DNA of 64,000 nucleotides, from positions 551,225 through 615,224 of the forward strand of contig CAVWKK010000008.1 of assembly GCA_963755605.1 (NCBI GenBank). The letters are read 5' to 3'. Position 1 is the stretch's first letter. Every line of letters begins with the position of its first letter. Position numbers and translations under genes: made by a program. The notes under the pieces are model-generated. The model had not been told where the DNA came from. It did no database searches and worked only from the letters and a program-made list of their open reading frames with translations. The stretch comes from an uncultured Actinomycetes bacterium. Its GTDB lineage: Bacteria > Actinomycetota > Thermoleophilia > Gaiellales > Gaiellaceae. Positions 17,630-27,729 of this stretch are shown piece by piece.

Positions 17630-18474
17630 TAACGAGAAGCCCGCGCCTAGCGCGGGCTTCTCTACTTGGCGCCGCTTGCATCGCCTGCTCGAGTCTTGCC
17701 ACCGCCGCAGCAGCTCCGTCGCCCGGCGAACCGATTCCGCGTGAGCCGGCGGCCCTCGCTCGCACGCTCGTAGGGACGACGACCGAACTTTCCACTGCGA
17801 TCGGCCGTTGGCGCCCCAGGTCGAGCGCTCCTCCGAGCGACGTCGTGTTGCTCGCGCTCTACCAGCAGCGCATCTATCGACTCCTCGCGCGCGAGACGAA
17901 ACAGGTCGCCGACCGCACCATTCGTCTCCTGCCGCCAACCCTCTCGCGCACAGCAACGGATTTCCTGATCGCACACCGCGAGCTCTACCGGCTCACCCCG
18001 CCGATCGGCTCCGGCACGATCAAGACCGCGCGCGCACGCCCGGCCGCAACGTTGCTTGGCTACTACCGGGAGGCGCAACAGCGGTTCGGGGTCCCGTGGA
18101 ATGTGCTCGCGTCCGTCAACTTCGTCGAGACGAAGTTCGGAAAGCTGCGCAGCGCGAGCGCCGCCGGCGCACAAGGCCCGATGCAGTTCATGCCTGCGAC
18201 GTGGCGGAGCTATGGGCTCGGCGGCGACATCGACGATGCGCACGATGCGATCCTCGGGGCCGCCAACTACCTCCACGCCTCCGGCGCGCCGCGAGACCTA
18301 CGCCTCGCGCTGCATCACTACAACCCGTCGCCCGCATACGTCGACGCCGTCCTTCGCTACGCCAGGCGCATCGCGTCCGACCGGACGACCTTCTTCGCTC
18401 TCTACAGCTGGCAGGTCTTCGTCAAGACACCGAGCGGAGATCGCCGCGTAACCGGTCCGGGTCGCGGCGGCTGA
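17593..18474 (+). CDS. Secreted lytic transglycosylase domain protein
   Basis: AQGPMQFMPATWRSYG is a lytic transglycosylase signature. The N-terminus is signal-like (RSPRLARASLLGAACIACSSLATAAAAP). Possible starts are ATG 17593, TTG 17578 or CTG 17626, and all lie within rnpB. Confidence 0.75.
   Translation: MVTANRIRLTGLLTRSPRLARASLLGAACIACSSLATAAAAPSPGEPIPREPAALARTLVGTTTELSTAIGRWRPRSSAPPSDVVLLALYQQRIYRLLARETKQVADRTIRLLPPTLSRTATDFLIAHRELYRLTPPIGSGTIKTARARPAATLLGYYREAQQRFGVPWNVLASVNFVETKFGKLRSASAAGAQGPMQFMPATWRSYGLGGDIDDAHDAILGAANYLHASGAPRDLRLALHHYNPSPAYVDAVLRYARRIASDRTTFFALYSWQVFVKTPSGDRRVTGPGRGG
17634..17662 (+). terminator. Terminator hairpin after rnpB
   Basis: A perfect 13-bp stem, GAGAAGCCCGCGC-CTA-GCGCGGGCTTCTC, followed by TACTT. 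The U-tract is weak. Confidence 0.65.
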
Positions 18475-18481
18475 GTACGCC

Positions 18482-19195
18482 CTATGCCTTGCGGCTCCAG
18501 ATCAGGAGCTCGCCGACGCGCTCGAAGCCGAGACGTGCGTACACCGGTTCGCCCTCCGGGCTGGGGGCGAGCACGGCCGGCAGACCCGTGTCCGTGAGTA
18601 ACGCCACGGACGTGAGCGCGCCGCCGTACCCACGCCGTCGTGCCGTCGGGATCGTCGTCACGCCGAAGATGCCCACCGCCTCGTCGGTGCGGTAGCTCAT
18701 CGCGGCGCCGACCGGTTTCCCCTCCACTTGCCCGAGCCACAGAACCATGCGCGGGTCCTCGAGGATCGACGGTGGATGGAACGTTCCCGGCGCGATCGTC
18801 TGGCTCTCGTCGTTCGAGAACCCGCGCACGCTGACGAGCTCGAGTGTCTCGACCTCGGCCGGTGTGGTCACGCGGATGATCTCGAGCTCGGGCGGCGGCG
18901 CTTCCGACGAGTCGCCCGGCGCCCGGTACATCCACGGCTCGCGCCGCCACGCCTTGAACCCGTGGTCTGAAAGGTCGAGCGCCTGCCAGGGATCGCACAC
19001 ACTGCCGGCGGCCACAGAAACCGCTTCGAGCGGCGTCTCGCGGTGAAGCGCAATCGCGGCGAAGTAGATGTACGGCGGTGGATCGACCGCGCGCCAGGCG
19101 TCGTGGTCGCGCTCAGAGCGCAGTCCAAGTGCATCGAGCCAGCCGCTGTGCCAGCGGGCAGAAGCGTCTGCGCACAACGTCACGGGATCCCGCAC
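18482..19195 (-). CDS. GNAT family N-acetyltransferase
   Basis: The C-terminal acetyl-CoA motif is VGIFGVTTIPTARRRGYGGALT...YARLGF. Confidence 0.8.
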   Translation of the reverse strand: MRDPVTLCADASARWHSGWLDALGLRSERDHDAWRAVDPPPYIYFAAIALHRETPLEAVSVAAGSVCDPWQALDLSDHGFKAWRREPWMYRAPGDSSEAPPPELEIIRVTTPAEVETLELVSVRGFSNDESQTIAPGTFHPPSILEDPRMVLWLGQVEGKPVGAAMSYRTDEAVGIFGVTTIPTARRRGYGGALTSVALLTDTGLPAVLAPSPEGEPVYARLGFERVGELLIWSRKA

Positions 19196-19213
19196 GGAGG
19201 AAGCGTATTCGCG

Positions 19214-20587
19214 TTACGTGCGGAGGACGACTTCGAGCGCGGTGCCGCGGCCCGGCTTCGACGTCAGGGTGAAGCCACCCTTGATCGTCTTCGTGCGGGC
19301 ACGGATGTTCTTCAGGCCTTGGCCCGCCGGGGATTCGCCGTCGAAGCCTTCGCCGTTGTCGCGTACCGAGACGAAACGCTCGTCGTCGCGCATGCCGATC
19401 TCGACGTCCGCGCGCGTCGCGTTCGCATGCTTGCGAACGTTCGCGAGACCTTCCTGCACGATCCGGAAGACCTCGATCTGCTCGTCGGGAGCGAGTCGGA
19501 CCGCGGGATCGATCTCGAGGTCAACCTCAAGTGCGCCGTCAGCGGTCAAGAACTCGACATAACGCCGAAGCGCTGCGTCAAACGGGGCGGTGCCCGCGGC
19601 CGTCGACAGCGCGAGGATCGCGAAGCGCGCCTCCTGTTGCGCCGCGTCCGCTGCTTCCTTCAGCTTGGCGAGCGTTTCCTCCTGCGGCGCTCCGCGCTGC
19701 AGCATCGTCGCGTGCGTGGAGATCGCGAAGAGGTACTGCGCGAGGCCGTCATGGATCTCGCGGGCAACTCGCGCCCGCTCCTCGGCAACAGCGCGTCCGA
19801 ACTCCGCGTAGCTGATCGCGCGCCACGCACCCGCCAGCAGCAACCCATAGGCCAGCAAACGCAACGCGTCGCCGCGCGTGACGGAGCCCGGTGCAAGCGC
19901 CGGAGTGAAGGCATAGTGCAGTGAGGCGAAGAGCATCAGAGTCGAGCCGAGAGCAAGCCAGCGGTCAAGGTCCTCGCGCCGTTCGTAGAAGCGCTTCCCG
20001 AAGCCGACGACGGCGAGCAGGTTCAACAGCGCCTGAGCTGCGAGCGAGCCCATCAGCAACCCGGATGGTCCCGCTTGCGCGCCAATGGCTGGGAGCATCT
20101 CGACCGAAGAGCGCAGCGCGAACCAGGTCAAGGTCAGCGTCAGGCAGGCGGCGGCAGCGGTGTTGGCGAGGGCACGCGGCCCGGAGCGTCCGCGCACGAA
20201 CGGCGCGACGGCGATCAGGGCCCAGGCGAGCAGCCGTCCGACGACACCGGCCCAGGCCTCGGGACGGTGGGCGGGGTGCCCGCTGACGAGCGGCGCGATC
20301 GAGAACGCGGCATTGGACAGACAGGAGACGAGAAAGCCCGTGCACAGAAAGAGATCGAGGCGCCTGCCCTCGACCGCGAAGCGAATCCCTGCGAGGAGGG
20401 CGATGATCCCCGCAGCAAAGGCCATGATCGTCTGGAGGACGAGGCCGAGCTGGGGCAGCGAGAACCGGGTCTGGAGCTCGTGGTTCGTGACGAAGAGGGC
20501 CAGCGACGAGCCGAGCAGCCCAAAAAGGAGGATCTCTCCCCACAGCCAAGCCTGGAAATCGTCCCTGCCGTCTTGTCTCACGTTCAC
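19214..20587 (-). CDS. Sensor histidine kinase (HisKA_3/NarX-type), polytopic N-terminus
   Basis: H-box REIHDGLAQYLF, N-box QEGLANVRKHA and G-box DNGEGF...GQGLKNI, with about 8 TM segments upstream. The GTG 20587 start avoids antisense overlap with the divergent regulator. Confidence 0.85.
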   Translation of the reverse strand: MNVRQDGRDDFQAWLWGEILLFGLLGSSLALFVTNHELQTRFSLPQLGLVLQTIMAFAAGIIALLAGIRFAVEGRRLDLFLCTGFLVSCLSNAAFSIAPLVSGHPAHRPEAWAGVVGRLLAWALIAVAPFVRGRSGPRALANTAAAACLTLTLTWFALRSSVEMLPAIGAQAGPSGLLMGSLAAQALLNLLAVVGFGKRFYERREDLDRWLALGSTLMLFASLHYAFTPALAPGSVTRGDALRLLAYGLLLAGAWRAISYAEFGRAVAEERARVAREIHDGLAQYLFAISTHATMLQRGAPQEETLAKLKEAADAAQQEARFAILALSTAAGTAPFDAALRRYVEFLTADGALEVDLEIDPAVRLAPDEQIEVFRIVQEGLANVRKHANATRADVEIGMRDDERFVSVRDNGEGFDGESPAGQGLKNIRARTKTIKGGFTLTSKPGRGTALEVVLRT

Positions 20588-20632
20588 TCTTGTCGGCAGA
20601 ACCCGGCCCGCCGATAAGGGTCGGAACGCCTG

Positions 20633-21277
20633 ATGACAGAACGAATCCTCCTCGTCGACGACCACCCTCTGACCCGCTCCGCCCTGGCGGGGCTGCTCAC
20701 GCAGCACGGGTTCGACGTGGTGGGGGAGGCCTCCGACGGCGAGGAGGCGATCGAATGTGCCCAAAAGCTCAGGCCCGATCTGATCCTGCTCGACCTCTCG
20801 ATGCCCGGTCTCGACGGCCTGAGCGCCTTGCCGCGGCTCCGGGAAGCCGCACCCGAATGCGAGGTGGTGGTCCTCACGGCGTCGGGCACCGAGGAGAACC
20901 TGCTCGGCGCGATCCGAGGCGGCGCTGCGGGCTACCTGCTGAAGAGCGAGCCGCCGGAGCGGATCGTGGATTTCCTGCGCGGTGTCGCCCAGGGCGAAGC
21001 GGCCCTTTCGGGGGCGATCGCGCGCCGCCTGCTCGAGCAGGTCCGAGTGGGAGGCGGTCGGGGCGGCGGCGTCCCGGACTCGATCGCGGCGGTCCTCTCC
21101 GCGCGTGAGCTGGAGGTGCTGCTGCTGCTCGACGAGCATCTGGGGACCGACGAGATTGCGAAGCGGCTGTTCATCTCCGAGCACACCGTTCGGTCGCACG
21201 TGAAGAGCTTGCTGCGCAAGCTCGGCGTCTCATCCCGCCGCGACGCGCTGGAAGCGCTCGCCGCCGCCCGTCGCTGA
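20633..21277 (+). CDS. NarL/FixJ-family response regulator (REC + LuxR HTH)
   Basis: RILLVDDHPL..LILLDLSMPGLDG..VLTAS..GYLLK for the receiver, and C-terminal LSARELEVLLLL..TDEIAKRLFISEHTVRSHVKSLLRKLG for the HTH. Confidence 0.92.
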   Translation: MTERILLVDDHPLTRSALAGLLTQHGFDVVGEASDGEEAIECAQKLRPDLILLDLSMPGLDGLSALPRLREAAPECEVVVLTASGTEENLLGAIRGGAAGYLLKSEPPERIVDFLRGVAQGEAALSGAIARRLLEQVRVGGGRGGGVPDSIAAVLSARELEVLLLLDEHLGTDEIAKRLFISEHTVRSHVKSLLRKLGVSSRRDALEALAAARR

Positions 21278-21421
21278 CTCACTCATCTTGAGTGAGTGCC
21301 TTCACTGGGCCTGGGTGATGCCGCCGAGGCCCGCAGAGCCGATACTCGGGACAGCGTTTGTTGTTCGATGAAGCAAACGTGGCGAACGAATTACTGTGGC
21401 GATCGACTTGACGGCCGGCTC

Positions 21422-22273
21422 CTAGCCGGCCGTCTCATTTTGCGAGAACCCGTCGAGAGCCGCGGCGACCAGACGCGGCAGGGTGGCGACGTTGTAGCCG
21501 CCCTCGAGCACTGCGCCGACACGCGGGGCAAGCTCAACGCAACGCTTGCTCAGCTCGCGAAAGCCGTCGTCGGTGACCCGCATCTCTGCAAGCGGATCCT
21601 CCTCGTGCGCGTCGAACCCGGCGGAGACGAGCAGCAGGTCGGGCTCGAACCGCTCGACCGCCGGCGCGACGATCTCGTCGAAAGCGCGGAAGTACTCGTC
21701 GTCACCCGACCCTGCGCCCAGCGGCACGTTCACGGTTGTCTCGCTCTGCTCGTCAGGACCGCCGCTGCCCGGATAGAACGGCCACTGATGCAGCGACACG
21801 AAGAGCACCGTGTCGTCGGCGGCAAAGATCTCCTGCGTGCCGTTGCCGTGATGGACGTCGTAGTCGACGATCGCCACGCGCTTGGCTCCGCCGGCCTGCG
21901 CCGCACGCGCGGCAACGGCGATGTTGTTGAAGACGCAGAAGCCCATCGCGCGAGTGCTCAGCGCGTGATGGCCCGGCGGGCGAACGAGCGCGAACCCGCC
22001 GCGCATGGCCGCCTCGATAGCCGTTCCCGCCGCGAGCAGGGCGGCCTCGGGCGTGGTCTCGCTGACGATCGTGTCGACGTCGAGCCAGCCCATCCGGTCG
22101 ATCGACAGGACGCGCTCTACATAGTCAAGCGCGTGGCACCTGAGAATTTCCTCTTTGGTCGCGGTTCTGCCTTCGAGTGCATCCGGAAAGGTCTCGAGCA
22201 GCGCGGCGAGTCGCTCCTGCGACTCGGGGTGGCCGTGGGTGGGATGAAGGCGCGCGAGCGCCGGATGCGTCAG
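21422..22273 (-). CDS. Histone deacetylase / acetoin-utilisation (AcuC) family amidohydrolase; start probably non-canonical
   Basis: RPPGHHA, VDYDVHHGNGTQ, SAGFDAH and LEGGYN are the HDAC class motifs. The homologous N-terminus (THPALARLHPTHGHPESQERL) has no ATG, GTG or TTG in frame. CTG 22273 forms a CTGA overlap with the upstream stop. Confidence 0.75.
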   Translation of the reverse strand: MTHPALARLHPTHGHPESQERLAALLETFPDALEGRTATKEEILRCHALDYVERVLSIDRMGWLDVDTIVSETTPEAALLAAGTAIEAAMRGGFALVRPPGHHALSTRAMGFCVFNNIAVAARAAQAGGAKRVAIVDYDVHHGNGTQEIFAADDTVLFVSLHQWPFYPGSGGPDEQSETTVNVPLGAGSGDDEYFRAFDEIVAPAVERFEPDLLLVSAGFDAHEEDPLAEMRVTDDGFRELSKRCVELAPRVGAVLEGGYNVATLPRLVAAALDGFSQNETAG

Positions 22274-22506
22274 GAGGTCGATCGGCGAACGGCTTCCGCG
22301 AGCTCGTCCACGCCTCTGGCTCCCTGAGCGCGGCCGACGAGATAACAGAGCAGGGGAGCGTTCGTGCGGGCGCCGCTCGTGTGTGCGGCGATGCGTGCGA
22401 GGTCGAGGAGCGTGTCGGCGTCGGCGTCGGAGAGCTCGAGCTCGGCCGGCTCGGCACCGGTGACAGCGGCGAGCGCGTCGCGCGCCTGCGTGAGCCACTC
22501 GTCCAT
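22270..22506 (-). CDS. Small conserved actinobacterial protein (DUF6457-like, from memory)
   Basis: ATG 22506 gives MDEWLTQARDALAAVTGAEPAELELSDADADTLLDLARIAAHTSGARTNAPLLCYLVGRA.... The family assignment is from recollection only. Confidence 0.6.
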   Translation of the reverse strand: MDEWLTQARDALAAVTGAEPAELELSDADADTLLDLARIAAHTSGARTNAPLLCYLVGRAQGARGVDELAEAVRRSTS

Positions 22507-22516
22507 GCAGGCGATC

Positions 22517-23347
22517 CTACGCGGCCTGAGCGGCGATCCTGTCGGCCTGGGCATTCATGCCCAGCTGCCTCATGAAGGAGGACGCCTCCGCCCACTGCGG
22601 CGTTTGATCTTCGAGGGGAGGTAAAGGAGCGGAGGCGTCTAGCGTGGCCATTCGCCGGAAGAGCCGCAACTCCTCCGCCTGCGCCTCGAACCGTCCGGCC
22701 TCGAGCATCGCCTCGAGCGTCCCGTATTCCCCCAGCAGCGTGGCGGCCGTCTTCGGGCCGACCCCGCGGGCGCCGGGAATCTTGTCCGACGGATCCCCGC
22801 GCAAGGCGATGAAGTCCGGGACCTGAGCGGGGTCGACGCCGTAGCGCTCGCGCACATCCGCCGGTCCGATTCGCGCGAGCTCGCTGACGCCCCGCGTCGG
22901 CTGCAGGATGGTCGTGCTGTCGCTCGCGAGCTGGAACGAGTCCCGGTCCGAGGTGACCACGAGCGCGCTTCCGCCGCGGGACTCCTCGTCGCGTACCGCC
23001 GCGGCGAGAAAGTCGTCCGCCTCGTAGCCCGCGCCCTTGGCTGCGGCGAAGCCGAACGATCGCACCACCTCCGGAAGCAGGTCGAGCTGCTCGAGCAGCT
23101 CGGCGTCGAACTCGCGTCCACCCTGGTAGCCGGCGAAGAGCTCGTGGCGGTACGTCGGCACTTCCAGCGTGTCCCAGCCGACGACCACCGCACGCGGCGC
23201 CTCGGCCTGCCACAGGCGCAGGAGGAAGTTCGAGAAACCGACGAGCGCATTCGAGGGCTTGCCTTCGGCGCGACGCATCGACTTCGGCAGTGCGTGGTAC
23301 GCCCGATGCGCGAGCGAGTCGCCGTCGATCACGAGCAGCGGTCGCAT
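22517..23347 (-). CDS. 5'-3' exonuclease (PolI N-terminal / FEN-like)
   Basis: MRPLLVIDGDSLAHRAYHA, GYEADD, TSDRDSFQL and the H3TH FIALRGDPSDKIPGARGVGPKTA. The start shares 1 nt with the plsC stop. Confidence 0.88.
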   Translation of the reverse strand: MRPLLVIDGDSLAHRAYHALPKSMRRAEGKPSNALVGFSNFLLRLWQAEAPRAVVVGWDTLEVPTYRHELFAGYQGGREFDAELLEQLDLLPEVVRSFGFAAAKGAGYEADDFLAAAVRDEESRGGSALVVTSDRDSFQLASDSTTILQPTRGVSELARIGPADVRERYGVDPAQVPDFIALRGDPSDKIPGARGVGPKTAATLLGEYGTLEAMLEAGRFEAQAEELRLFRRMATLDASAPLPPLEDQTPQWAEASSFMRQLGMNAQADRIAAQAA

Positions 23348-23961
23348 CAGAGGTCCGCGGCGAGCCGGTCGATTTCTGCCATGAGCCGGTCGGTCGCCTC
23401 GCGCGCAGCGAGCGACGGGTCTCGATCCTTCAAGTCGTCCAGCGGAATCGGTCGTCCATACCGGACTCGCAGCGGCGCGAGCCGCGACAGCCGGTCGGCG
23501 CCCTTGATCGCGGCGGGCACCAGCGGCACACCGGCCTCGAGCGCGATTCGCGCTGCGCCGGTGTGCGACTTCGGCTGGAACCGCTTGGTGATTCCCTTTC
23601 GCTGGCGCGTGCCGTGCGGGAACATCGCGACGACATGACCTTTGCGGACGAGGTCGGTCGCTGTCTCGATCGCCTCCACGTCCCGTTCGCCGCGACGCAC
23701 GGGAAACGCCCCGCCCGCGCTGATCAGCGGCCCGAGCGGCCACCAGTAGAGCTCGGACTTCGCCATGAAGCGGAGGAAGTGCTTCGGCCAGAGGGGCAGG
23801 CCGAGCGGCCAGGGGTCGAGGTTCGACGTGTGGTTGGCCGCGAGGACGTAGCCGCCTTCCTCGGGAAGGTTCTCCTTGCCCTCGGCACGCAATCGATACA
23901 GACCTTTGAACACGGGCCACGAGAGAGCAGCGGCGACGGAATAGAAGGGACTGGGCTTCAC
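23347..23961 (-). CDS. plsC: 1-acyl-sn-glycerol-3-phosphate acyltransferase
   Basis: HX4D block ANHTSNLD, FPVRRG, and FPHGTR in place of the usual FPEGTR. Confidence 0.85.
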   Translation of the reverse strand: MKPSPFYSVAAALSWPVFKGLYRLRAEGKENLPEEGGYVLAANHTSNLDPWPLGLPLWPKHFLRFMAKSELYWWPLGPLISAGGAFPVRRGERDVEAIETATDLVRKGHVVAMFPHGTRQRKGITKRFQPKSHTGAARIALEAGVPLVPAAIKGADRLSRLAPLRVRYGRPIPLDDLKDRDPSLAAREATDRLMAEIDRLAADL

Positions 23962-24017
23962 GCGGCCAAGTATCGCCCGTCAGGCGCCCCCCGCAGGTCA
24001 GCCTTCCAGGGGGCGCT

Positions 24018-26345
<2,328 letters not shown>

Positions 26346-26472
26346 CGACGGACACGATCTCGTTCCAGGTCCGGAGCTCCCTTGGGGATGGTTCACCCTG
26401 GAAAGCAGAGGGAATTCGGCCTAGAGTGCGAAGGTTGCCGCCGTATCACAAAGTTGGACTCGAAAGGGACAC

Positions 26473-27546
26473 TTGACACAAAATCAGCTGCACGAACTGC
26501 TTGATTCCGACCAGGCCAAGGCGCTCGTCGAGGGTGCCGAGGAGCGTGGGCACCTCGAGGCTGCCGAGCTCGAGGCGTTCGCCCTCGAGCACGACCTCAA
26601 CGAGGCCGAGGTCGAAGAGCTGACTCGCGAGCTCGAGCGCATCGGACTGGACATCCGCCAGCCCGAGGCAGAAGCAAAGGTGGAGAAGGAAGAGAAGCCG
26701 GCGAAGCCCGCCGAGACCCACGTCCTCTCGGGGTCCGCGGACAGCCTCCAGCTCTTCCTGGCCGACGTCGGCCGCCACAAGCTGTTGACCGCCGCGGAAG
26801 AGGTCACGCTCGCGAAGTCGATCGAGCGCGGCGACCCGGTCGCCAAGCGGCGCATGATCGAGTCGAACCTGCGCCTCGTCGTCTCGATCGCCAAGGGCTA
26901 CCGAGGTCTCGGCGTCCCCTTCCTTGATCTGATCCAGGAAGGCACGCTCGGCCTCAATCGCGCCGTCGAGAAGTTCGACTGGCGGCGTGGCTACAAGTTC
27001 TCGACGTACGCAACCTGGTGGATCCGCCAGTCGGTTCAGCGCGCCGTGGCGAATCACGCCCGCACGATCCGCGTTCCCGTCCATGTCGTCGAGCGCCAGC
27101 AGAAGCTGTCGCGTGCGGCCCGCCGGCTCGAGGTCGAGCTCGGCCGCGAGGCGACGAAGGACGAGCTCGCCGAGGCGACGGGCCTGCCCATCCAGCACGT
27201 CGACGAGGCACTCGGGGCAGCTCAGGCGTCCGTCTCGCTCAACCAGACGGTCGGCGCGGACGACGAGGGCGAGCTCGGCGACCTGTTCGCCGACCGCGAG
27301 GCCGCGGATCCGTTCGACGAGGCGGAAGAGTCGCTTCGGCGCCAGGGAGTCCGCCGGGCTCTCGACGCGCTCCCCGAGCGGGAACGGCGCATTCTGGAGC
27401 TTCGCTTCGGCTTCGAGGGCGAGCCCTGGACGCTCGAGGCGATCGGCCACGAGCTCGACCTGACCCGTGAGCGAGTACGCCAGCTCGAGGGCCAGGCACT
27501 CGCCCGGCTGTCGGCTCTACGCGATCTGATCTCGCTCGCCGCCTAG
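26473..27546 (+). CDS. RNA polymerase sigma-70 factor, RpoD/SigA-like (group 1 or 2)
   Basis: TTG start. Regions 1.2 to 4.2 are present: NLRLVVSIAKGY, DLIQEGTLGLNRAVEKFD, YKFSTYATWWIRQ, IRVPVH and TLEAIGHELDLTRERVRQLE. The N-terminal region is acidic. Confidence 0.9.
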   Translation: MTQNQLHELLDSDQAKALVEGAEERGHLEAAELEAFALEHDLNEAEVEELTRELERIGLDIRQPEAEAKVEKEEKPAKPAETHVLSGSADSLQLFLADVGRHKLLTAAEEVTLAKSIERGDPVAKRRMIESNLRLVVSIAKGYRGLGVPFLDLIQEGTLGLNRAVEKFDWRRGYKFSTYATWWIRQSVQRAVANHARTIRVPVHVVERQQKLSRAARRLEVELGREATKDELAEATGLPIQHVDEALGAAQASVSLNQTVGADDEGELGDLFADREAADPFDEAEESLRRQGVRRALDALPERERRILELRFGFEGEPWTLEAIGHELDLTRERVRQLEGQALARLSALRDLISLAA

Positions 27547-27570
27547 CACGGCGCGTATCTGATCGGACAT

Positions 27571-27594
27571 GAGGGCGGCCCCAGGGCCGCCCTC
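27571..27594 (+). terminator. Terminator hairpin after the sigma factor gene
   Basis: GAGGGCGGCC-CCAG-GGCCGCCCTC, followed by AATCGTTCT. Confidence 0.65.
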
Positions 27595-27729
27595 AATCGT
27601 TCTGGCTCATCGAGACCGAGGTGCAATCGTTTTCGTGCGGGCTGCGTCTAAGCCTTGAGGAAGGCTTAACCTTCTGTTCATACTTGGGCCGTCCGCCTTC
27701 GAGCGGCGGGACCACGAAAGGAGTTTTGC

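Noticed and set aside
26446-27450. 334-aa minus-strand ORF
   Set aside because: It is antisense to the sigma-70 factor gene. It is a shadow ORF.
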